A stretch of 64,000 bases of DNA from a virus, in IMG/VR virus record IMGVR_UViG_3300042374_001687, positions 32,001 through 96,000 of that record; one strand, given 5' to 3'. The notes beneath the pieces are model-generated. The model was not told the DNA's origin, searched no databases, and was given only the letters and a program-made list of their open reading frames with translations. The position numbers and the translations under genes are program-made. Below are positions 56,918 through 64,000 of this stretch, in pieces; within the stretch, counting starts at the first letter, position 1; every line of letters begins with the position of its first letter.

Positions 56918-57657
56918 ATCAAAAAGCTTTCTTTGAAATTCTTGGTTATGTTCGCACGACCCCATTCTATGGAAGAATTGGCGACATAGTTTTTGCTAGT
57001 CGCAGCGTCTTCGCATATATTCATGCTCAAGTCTCTGGTGACCTCTATCTGCTTGAGTTGGCAGTTTTTTGTTCTAATTTCATTGGGATGGGGTATGCAC
57101 GAACAAATTTTCGGTGGGGTAAAAAGTTCTAGATTGTTTTGCATTCTCACCCTGAACTGATAGTTCATGTCGTCATAGCCCCAACCGAGATGAATACTTT
57201 CATCGTAGCCGTTGACTGAGTAGAAGTCCTTCCTTGTCGCAGCGACGAGGCCGGCACAACCATTATTTCCATACATATCCTCACTTTCAAAAGCCATCAC
57301 CATTCTTTTGCCCGAAGAAAATGCAGAATCCAAGTATTCGCAAAAACCTTCTGGGATGAATATGTCGCAGTCCAAATTCATAAGAATGTCGCCCGTGGCG
57401 ACCTTGTGGGCTATGTTCTTTGCATGAGCCGCCACCCAGTACCTCGGCTCTTTTGTTTGAACAAAAACTACTCTTCCTGATTCAATATATCCAGAAAGAT
57501 TTTCTTTTACCCAGTCTTCTAGCCCGTCTTTGCTATTATAGTCGAGAAGGACGAACTCCACATTTGATAACGATTTGGAACTTTCTATGTTGTGAACATA
57601 AGTCTGTTCCAGATGAAACAGCCTGTCCATGGATGTGGTGCAGAATGATATCTTCAT
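56914..57657 (-). CDS. glycosyltransferase (GT2 N-terminus with GT7-C-like motif)
   Basis: ISFCTT..DR, VLLDYNSKDGL, AKN.A, NLDCD (DxD) and NGYDE...GWGYDD. Confidence 0.9.
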   Translation of the reverse strand: MKISFCTTSMDRLFHLEQTYVHNIESSKSLSNVEFVLLDYNSKDGLEDWVKENLSGYIESGRVVFVQTKEPRYWVAAHAKNIAHKVATGDILMNLDCDIFIPEGFCEYLDSAFSSGKRMVMAFESEDMYGNNGCAGLVAATRKDFYSVNGYDESIHLGWGYDDMNYQFRVRMQNNLELFTPPKICSCIPHPNEIRTKNCQLKQIEVTRDLSMNICEDAATSKNYVANSSIEWGRANITKNFKESFLI

Positions 57658-58283
57658 TTTTGCTTAAAAAATCCAACGACTGTCGCTCTGCAATGGTCGC
57701 CGGCATCGTTATCTACTCTGTTTATGGAGTGCCAAACGCCGGGTCTGGTGAGGACAAGCCTGTTGGGCTTGCAAGTTATGTATGTTCCGGCTCCAAAATG
57801 GGACAAGAAAACATCCTCGTTCTTGTGGTCCAAATGAGGGGGGCTCACGCTGAATCCGGAAGGGGTCCTGGCCAGCATCAGTTCTCCGCCCCATGTGGAG
57901 GCCCATTCGGGATGGGCGTAAAAGATCGCGGCCCCAGAATACCCGAGGTCATTGTGCCAGTTCAATTTTGTTCCGCGCGGGTAAAGGTATGATCTCAAGA
58001 CAAGTTCGTCGCAACTCAATATTATTTGGGGATGCATCTTGGCAGCCTCCATGATAATAAACTTCATTAAGTCCATGTAGTTGCCAAATGAATCCGGACC
58101 CACATTGTAATCCCTAGTGCCCACCGGAGATCCGTCCGTTATTCTCCAAACCTTGGACCAGTTATTGATGTGCGGGATTAGAAATTCGTCGGACTGTATG
58201 GCCATCCATACCTTTTCAAACTGTTCGTTGTCCAGAACTTCGTCGTATATTGCGTAGTCGTTCGTTTCTTCAACTCTTATCAT
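57654..58283 (-). CDS. 2OG-Fe(II) oxygenase (prolyl-hydroxylase-like)
   Basis: WHND (HxD), WGGEL, PNRLV, WHSINRV and a distal R. Confidence 0.88.
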   Translation of the reverse strand: MIRVEETNDYAIYDEVLDNEQFEKVWMAIQSDEFLIPHINNWSKVWRITDGSPVGTRDYNVGPDSFGNYMDLMKFIIMEAAKMHPQIILSCDELVLRSYLYPRGTKLNWHNDLGYSGAAIFYAHPEWASTWGGELMLARTPSGFSVSPPHLDHKNEDVFLSHFGAGTYITCKPNRLVLTRPGVWHSINRVDNDAGDHCRATVVGFFKQK

Positions 58284-58879
58284 AATGATCTTCTTAGTTT
58301 TAGCCTGTTCAAATAATAATAGTATCTCTCGTAAGCGTCTTGGCACTCCTCTATCAGATTTTCCTTAAATATGTCATTCATCCCAGAGGAAAAATGATTA
58401 AATTCGGTCTTTAATTGCGTGGACAGCCCCAAGTAATGTTCTATTATAGGAAATGCCGTTCCTTTCGCAAGATCATCCCAAGTGAGAAGCACCGAATCTG
58501 GGGATCGTTTGGCCATCTCGCAGATTCTTCTGAGCCTAAACCTATAGTATTTTGCCGCATCTTCTTGTGTGTACTTCTTGTCTCTAAGCGTCATTATCTC
58601 GTTTAATGACGCTCTGGCGGGCCTTATCACATATATGAACTTGCAAAAATCAAAGAAGGACTTGTGAGAAAGGGACATGTTAAAGAGGAGGTGATCCCCG
58701 TAAACGGCCGAACTGTCGCGGCACTTGTGTCCTGCGGCAAACATCCACTCCAGCGAAGAGGGATTGTTGTACTGGGCTTCGGAATCGTGTATTTGGCATC
58801 TCGGGTTTTTATTGAGCACATCCACCAGATCAGCAGATCCGGATCCGAGATGGCTGACGATAAAACAGACTCTTTTCAT
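58280..58879 (-). CDS. sulfotransferase-family protein
   Basis: FIVSHLGSGS..L..VLN.NP (PAPS loop variant), KFIYVIR.A.ASL and LLTWDDL. Confidence 0.7.
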   Translation of the reverse strand: MKRVCFIVSHLGSGSADLVDVLNKNPRCQIHDSEAQYNNPSSLEWMFAAGHKCRDSSAVYGDHLLFNMSLSHKSFFDFCKFIYVIRPARASLNEIMTLRDKKYTQEDAAKYYRFRLRRICEMAKRSPDSVLLTWDDLAKGTAFPIIEHYLGLSTQLKTEFNHFSSGMNDIFKENLIEECQDAYERYYYYLNRLKLRRSL

Positions 58880-58963
58880 GGCGCGATGGCTTAGTATTTA
58901 AGCCTTTTTGGGGCGGGTTCGACTATAATAGTAGAGTCGGCGTATAGATAAACCAAAAGAGAG

Positions 58964-61459
58964 GTGTCGATGGCTTGGTGGGATTTTTACAAGTTGTGGA
59001 CTTATCAATTTGAGAAAGGTCCCATAGAAAGAATGGACACCGCCCAAATAACCGGGGCGGGCGTTGTGGTTCCGGACGCCATGCCGGATCTGCGGGGGGA
59101 TTCCTTTGGCCTGACTCAGTCACAGATCAGGCTGTATGACAGCAACGACTTTATAGACCTGTCTACTGTTACCAACAGGCAATCCAGGTACAAGGAATAC
59201 GAAAGGCTCAGAAGCGTGGCTGAGATGGAAATGGCCATGACCGTGATCAGCGACGAGGCTTGCGTATCCGGCGATACAAAGATAGCCACACTTTTTGACG
59301 GCCAAAAAAGTATCAAGTGGCTGACCGAGAGATGGAGGAAGGATCCTAGTCCCTTCCTTGTTTACTGTTGGGATTTTGAAAAAGAAGATTATTCCTTGGG
59401 CTGGGCGTACGATCCTAGGGTTGTAAAGACAGAAAAGACGATCAGGGTGCTTCTTGACGACGGAAGCAGTTTCGTAGTGACGCCCGACCACAGAATACTG
59501 ACGAGGGATCAGGAATGGGTTCATGCAGAAGATCTTGAGGTTGGGAGCGAACTGATGCCGTTCTACCGAATGGATCCGAACAAGAAGATAAATAGCTTCA
59601 AGTCAAGGCAATTCCCCAGAATATTCACATTTGACGGATGGAAGCACGAGCGCCAGTTCATAGACGAGTGGAGGGACGGAAAGTCAAAATACAAGAGGGT
59701 GAGCGAAGCATCCAGGCTTATAGCTGCGGGTGCCACATGTCGCTCCGTGGAAAGCATGATGAAGCACTCATGGAAGAGCATAGATTCATGGATCAGAAAA
59801 GAAGGGTTTTGCACCAAAGAACTCAAGTGGCTGGGGAAGAGGAAGGACAGGCGGAGAGTGGTCGGAATACTACCCCATAAGGAAATGGAGGTTTTTGATC
59901 TTAGCGTAAAAGACCACGAGAATTTCTGTACTGACAGCGTTGTGATGCACAACTGCCAGAAGAACGAAAAGGGAAATGTTCTGACAATAACGGTGGAGAA
60001 CGAGCAGATAAAGAAAGAACTTGAATTCTTATGCTTCAACAGGAAGATGCTCAATCTTAACCGTAAGGCTTGGCAGATGGTAAAGAAGCTCTGCATATTT
60101 GGCGACGGCTTCTATGAACTCATAACCGACCCTAAGAATCCAAAGTACGGAGTGCTCAAGATCCAAGAACTACCCCCTGACAGCATGTACAAGATAGTAA
60201 CAACTAAGGGAAGGGTGGTGGAATTCCAGCAGAGTAAAGAGGGGCCGGACTATCAAGCCCTGACACGCAGCGAAGTCTCAAAAGCAACTGACCAGGAGTT
60301 GATGCAGTCCACGGCGATCAGGTTCGCCCCCACACAAGTAATCCACATGTACCTGGGTGACGACAGAAGGACGTTTTATCCATACGGACAAAGCCTTATG
60401 GAGCCGGCCAGAGGGCCTGCCCACCAGTTGAGACTTATGGAGGACGCGATGATGGTATATCGCCTCTCCAGAGCTCCCGAGCGTAGGGTTTTCTACATAG
60501 ATGTCGGACAGTTGCCGCCATTCAAAGCCGAGGCGTTTGTGGAAAGGATGAAAGATCAATTCCGGAAAAAGAAGGTTCCGGCCGCAAGGGGAGCGGGAGC
60601 AAATGCGGTCGAGGAAAGATGGCACGCACCGGCGGCTGACGAGGACTACTGGATTCCGATCCGACCGAGTGCGAATACTAGGATAGAAACCCTCCCCGGA
60701 GCCCAGAACCTTGGCGAGATCGATGATGCCCTATATTTCAGGAACAAGCTTTTCACAGCACTCAACTTCCCAAAGAACTACCTGAGCAATGAGGATGTGG
60801 GGGCGACAAGAATAACGCTGAGCGCCCAAGACGCAAGGTTTGCAAGGATGGTAGAAAGAATACAATCAAGCATGGAGGATGCAATACTTGAAATATGTGA
60901 GCGTCACCTTGAAATGAGAGGGTTCCCATCAGAGGCCTATGAAGACCTTAAGATAGAGATGACGCCACCGAGCAGCTGGAGGGAACTGAGCGAGGCCGAG
61001 ATCATGAACAACAGGATCAACGCGGTAACGACGCTGAAGTCCTCCATGCTCATGAGCGATTTTGACTTGCTTACTAAATTCCTCAAGATCAGCGAGGAGG
61101 AGGCCGTTAGAATAATATCAAGGAACAAGATTCAGAAACTAGAAGACCTCAAGATCCAGATAATAGGACAAAACCCGCAGCTTTTGGGAGTAGGTACGCC
61201 AGGAATTCCAACCGGGGAGCCTGAAATTGGAGCCGAACGAGGCGGCCCCACGCCAAACCTAGAGGCACCCGAAGAGTCCGAAAGCGAAATAAACCAGACG
61301 GAAGAGGAAAGTCCCGAGGCGGAAACGGGAGAAGGCCAAGAAATAACGGCCGAACTCCCAGACCCCAGCGAAGAGGACATCAAAAAGTACGATTTGGGCA
61401 TAGAGAACTACAGCAAGGATATAGACAACGAGGACATAGACTGGAGCGAAGAGGGATGA
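58964..61459 (+). CDS. portal protein (T4 gp20-like) with intein
   Basis: QLRLMEDAMMVYRLSRAPERRVFYIDVGQLP..KAE, EDYWIP, IETLPGAQNLGEIDD..YF..KL..AL and D.RFAR. The start may be the ATG at 58970. Confidence 0.96.
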   Translation: MSMAWWDFYKLWTYQFEKGPIERMDTAQITGAGVVVPDAMPDLRGDSFGLTQSQIRLYDSNDFIDLSTVTNRQSRYKEYERLRSVAEMEMAMTVISDEACVSGDTKIATLFDGQKSIKWLTERWRKDPSPFLVYCWDFEKEDYSLGWAYDPRVVKTEKTIRVLLDDGSSFVVTPDHRILTRDQEWVHAEDLEVGSELMPFYRMDPNKKINSFKSRQFPRIFTFDGWKHERQFIDEWRDGKSKYKRVSEASRLIAAGATCRSVESMMKHSWKSIDSWIRKEGFCTKELKWLGKRKDRRRVVGILPHKEMEVFDLSVKDHENFCTDSVVMHNCQKNEKGNVLTITVENEQIKKELEFLCFNRKMLNLNRKAWQMVKKLCIFGDGFYELITDPKNPKYGVLKIQELPPDSMYKIVTTKGRVVEFQQSKEGPDYQALTRSEVSKATDQELMQSTAIRFAPTQVIHMYLGDDRRTFYPYGQSLMEPARGPAHQLRLMEDAMMVYRLSRAPERRVFYIDVGQLPPFKAEAFVERMKDQFRKKKVPAARGAGANAVEERWHAPAADEDYWIPIRPSANTRIETLPGAQNLGEIDDALYFRNKLFTALNFPKNYLSNEDVGATRITLSAQDARFARMVERIQSSMEDAILEICERHLEMRGFPSEAYEDLKIEMTPPSSWRELSEAEIMNNRINAVTTLKSSMLMSDFDLLTKFLKISEEEAVRIISRNKIQKLEDLKIQIIGQNPQLLGVGTPGIPTGEPEIGAERGGPTPNLEAPEESESEINQTEEESPEAETGEGQEITAELPDPSEEDIKKYDLGIENYSKDIDNEDIDWSEEG
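59261..59953 (+). mobile_element. intein (231 aa) in the portal
   Basis: Begins CVSGDT, has block B VTPDHRILT, block F VFDLSV..HENF, ends VMHN and is followed by a +1 Cys. No clear homing endonuclease. Confidence 0.93.
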
Positions 61460-61632
61460 CGGAACACGAAATAAGGAACAAGCTTAATGAAATACGGGAG
61501 TATGTGTGCTCCAAGTACTTCACGACAGATCAAGCCAAAGCCCTTTATGCCGAAAAAGAGAAACTGGAAAAGATGCTGGAGGTTTTGTCAAATGATAAAG
61601 AGAAAGCCCGGGATAAGCGCAAAGAAGATTGA
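61456..61632 (+). CDS. small hypothetical protein (not in the ORF track)
   Basis: ATGA overlap with the portal stop. Reads MTEHEIRNKLNEIREYVCSKY..., 58 aa. Confidence 0.5.
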   Translation: MTEHEIRNKLNEIREYVCSKYFTTDQAKALYAEKEKLEKMLEVLSNDKEKARDKRKED

Positions 61633-61786
61633 AAAGCTCGCAAAGCAAGGCCGGCTGAGGGATAATTTTGAAATTTGGGTTGACAAGCACAACCACAAGA
61701 TGGAACTTATTAGAACCTTAACAAGCGTTATGGGTCTCATAGTTTCTTCAATCGTGATGCTTAAGGTTTTCGGGCTGATTAAATAG
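61592..61786 (+). CDS. small membrane protein
   Basis: GGAGG RBS, basic N-terminus and C-terminal TM LIRTLTSVMGLIVSSIVMLKVFGLI. Confidence 0.55.
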   Translation: MIKRKPGISAKKIEKLAKQGRLRDNFEIWVDKHNHKMELIRTLTSVMGLIVSSIVMLKVFGLIK

Positions 61787-61793
61787 ATATAGC

Positions 61794-62420
61794 ATGACCA
61801 ATTTCAAAGAATGGCTCATCTCTGAGGCCGCCATAGTGCCGGAGAAGATCCAGTATGACGAAAAAGGAAGACCCAACTTCCGCGTGTACTTCATGAATGA
61901 AGGCCAGACGATAGGGCTGGAGGTGCTGCAAGGGGGAGGATACAAATTTGCAGGCGATCTCATAAGCGATGTGTTTGGAAACACGCAAATTCTACAAGGC
62001 TACAAGTTGTTTAATTGGCACAACGATCTACCCAAGGACGGAGGCTACAGCCCGATGTTCTACGACATCGCCATGGAACTCGCGACAAAGAAGGGCGGAT
62101 ATCTGGTGTCCGCAACCTTGGTCAACAGGCTTGTCGGAGCAAAGAACGCAAAGGAAAACAAGGGCTACGCGGGAGGAGACACCAGCGATGGAGCAGAGGC
62201 CATCTACAAGTTCTACTACGAAAGAAGAGGCGATGTTGAGAAGGTGCAGCCCAATCTGATTTTGATGAACGAACCAGACCAAGCCAACAAACCATATCTG
62301 TACGAACTCTATAAGAAAAGCCCGACAGTCATACCCAAACTGATCCAGATGAATTCAAAAGGACAGCCTGTGCTAGTGTCGGGGATGGGCATACATGCGA
62401 AGCCCATCATGAGCCTTTAG
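61794..62420 (+). CDS. possible GNAT-fold protein with capsid-targeting-like leader
   Basis: N-terminus MTNFKEWLISEA. GGYSPMFYDIAME...TSDGAEAIYKFY resembles GNAT motifs A/B. Confidence 0.55.
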   Translation: MTNFKEWLISEAAIVPEKIQYDEKGRPNFRVYFMNEGQTIGLEVLQGGGYKFAGDLISDVFGNTQILQGYKLFNWHNDLPKDGGYSPMFYDIAMELATKKGGYLVSATLVNRLVGAKNAKENKGYAGGDTSDGAEAIYKFYYERRGDVEKVQPNLILMNEPDQANKPYLYELYKKSPTVIPKLIQMNSKGQPVLVSGMGIHAKPIMSL

Positions 62421-63538
62421 AATCCGACCTTTCTCTTCTCTTCCTCCTCGTGGAAGTTGTCGTCGTCATTGTATATTTCGGCAAGGGTCATGGGAGAATC
62501 TGTCCTTCTCGAGGATCCCATGGACTCCAACACTCGGTTCGCATCCTCGGCGGACAAGGCTTTGAAGCAGTGCTCAAAAAGGAGCCTCCCCTTCCTAACA
62601 AGCGCCGAGTCTATGTTCTCGCGCTCTATGTTGAAGGTTGCGATGATCATGATGTTGAGGCAGTCGCCCAGTATGCCGTCGGTGATGTTTAGTATGTTGC
62701 TGACAGCACCGTTGTCTCCCGAGTCCCGGCTCCTTATTACCTTCTCGGCGTCCTCCAGCAAGAGTATGGAATTCCTGTGTCCCATCATAAAACTCAAAAA
62801 ATCGGGACTTGTGAGCTGCTCGGCGGCGGCGGAGGAAAGATATATCACCTTCCTGTTGGTCTTAGTTGTGAGATACTTTATGAATGTGCTCTTGCCAGTG
62901 CCGGGGTCTCCTGAAAAAAGAACAAGGCCGTTCTTGTTTTTGGACAGAAGATCCACGACCCTTCCGAGTTTCTCGGAATAATCGCGGCCATAGTTGAGTT
63001 CAATGTCCACGGAGGGAGGAAGCTTTATATTAAATCTCTGGAGCGATAGCATCCCGTCAGAGGCGCAAAGCAGATAAACATTACTGTGCTTCCTGGGTTC
63101 GGGTTCCAATTCAAAACAGCCCTTGACCTTTTCTAGGGTCTCGGAAGAAGCATAAAGTATGCGACCTCTGTAATTGGTGAAATCTTTGTCCTCTTCCTCC
63201 TCCTCGTCGTCGGCCTCGTCAATGTGAAAATAATTCCTTCTCAAGAGGCTTTCTTTTCTGTATATCAGGATCATGGAGTCCTCGTACTCGTAGCAAATTT
63301 CCGTGTTGTCCACGAGTTTTTTGCCGTCTATAAGCGTCTCCAGTTCGCACTGAAAAAACCTCTTGGCGCCCATCTTTTCAAGGTTTTCCAGCGTGGAAAC
63401 GCTTATGGGCGACTGGTACTCGTAGACCGATGGCTGTTTGGAGTGACGGTCCACATAGTTGTAGAAAAAATTAAGGTATGTTCCGTAGTCGCCCGAGTTA
63501 GTCTTGCGACCGTAAGGATTGGAATTTAGGTCTTTCAT
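62417..63538 (-). CDS. AAA+ ATPase
   Basis: GDPGTGKST, LLLEDAE, ILNITDG, ATFN and IDSALVRKGRL (SRH). Start chosen at ATG 63538. Confidence 0.9.
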   Translation of the reverse strand: MKDLNSNPYGRKTNSGDYGTYLNFFYNYVDRHSKQPSVYEYQSPISVSTLENLEKMGAKRFFQCELETLIDGKKLVDNTEICYEYEDSMILIYRKESLLRRNYFHIDEADDEEEEEDKDFTNYRGRILYASSETLEKVKGCFELEPEPRKHSNVYLLCASDGMLSLQRFNIKLPPSVDIELNYGRDYSEKLGRVVDLLSKNKNGLVLFSGDPGTGKSTFIKYLTTKTNRKVIYLSSAAAEQLTSPDFLSFMMGHRNSILLLEDAEKVIRSRDSGDNGAVSNILNITDGILGDCLNIMIIATFNIERENIDSALVRKGRLLFEHCFKALSAEDANRVLESMGSSRRTDSPMTLAEIYNDDDNFHEEEEKRKVGF

Positions 63539-63662
63539 TCCATTATCATAATCCCGACTGTTAAAAAAATCAAGGCCTTTCAGGGATTTTTGAGTTATCA
63601 AGCATACTATACAGATGACGTTGGGTCGCTATGCCAATTCGTCGAAAAAAAGGCCTGCCCGA

Positions 63663-63670
63663 CTATATAG
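63663..63670. promoter_or_regulatory. palindromic CTATATAG in a divergent intergenic region
   Basis: Same 8-mer as at 6146-6153, between the AAA ATPase and the gene at 63721. Confidence 0.45.
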
Positions 63671-63720
63671 AACTATGTGCCACGGTTTTTAGGGCTGAAA
63701 AAGACTAGGAGTATATTGAC

Positions 63721-64000
63721 ATGAAAAGAAAACTCATCGAGTACGATGCATTCAACAAAATAAAGACGGAGTCGCTGTCGAACGCCCAGAAGGAATTGGA
63801 GGCGGCGTCCAACCTTCTGGCCGTGGCTCTGGAGATGGAAGGACTTTCCTTGGACTCATTCGGGCCCAATGAAGTACTGTTCGAATCGCTGGACGGTGAT
63901 TTCGTCCACGCAAACTATGAAATAAAGAATGGTTATGTGCAGTTTGACAATGTCGAGCAGCTCGTGATCAACGAGGAGAGTGAGGCTGCCAAGTCGAAGG
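63721..64000 (+). CDS. hypothetical protein, 3'-truncated by the window edge
   Basis: AGGAG RBS. MKRKLIEYDAFNKIKTESL... stays open to the window end. Confidence 0.7.
   Translation, partial: MKRKLIEYDAFNKIKTESLSNAQKELEAASNLLAVALEMEGLSLDSFGPNEVLFESLDGDFVHANYEIKNGYVQFDNVEQLVINEESEAAKSK

Noticed and set aside
1-64000. Stop-codon reassignment as seen in some jumbo phages
   Set aside because: Conserved genes are full length in code 11 and end in TAA, TAG or TGA at sensible positions.
1-64000. tRNA or rRNA genes to accompany the CCA enzyme
   Set aside because: No cloverleaf with a T-loop GTTCRA in the short intergenic gaps was seen by eye. tRNAscan-SE would be needed to exclude them.

Overview
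This window is a gene-dense segment of a large, T4-related contractile-tailed (myo-type) phage genome, most likely a jumbo phage, read in standard genetic code. It holds a tail/baseplate block: a gp2-like DNA end protector, a 2082-aa tape measure, a tube initiator, LysM/gp53, a hub, a gp5-like spike, gp25, gp6 and a gp7-like wedge. Also present are three paralogous PKD-domain fibre proteins (one with about 47 graded Pro-rich repeats), a large terminase, a portal with a 231-aa intein, a repeat-bearing tail fibre, a primase and a Cas4/AddB-like nuclease. Accessory genes include a CCA-adding enzyme, a volactin-like actin, MscL, a SET methyltransferase, ferritin, two proteases, several glycosyltransferase-like proteins, a 2OG-Fe(II) oxygenase and a sulfotransferase. 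Mobile DNA comprises a 5'-truncated TnpB with its omega-RNA/right end and a separate ~183-bp non-autonomous IS200/IS605-type element that keeps a full omega-RNA scaffold. The main leads are: (1) T4-type capsid-targeting leaders on a tRNA-repair enzyme and other proteins; (2) a phage volactin-like actin operon; (3) the protein-less omega-RNA element, apparently inserted in a TATATA promoter motif; (4) a possible hydroxyproline/O-glycosylation pathway for the Pro-rich fibre. All family calls come from motif recognition by eye. No database search was run.
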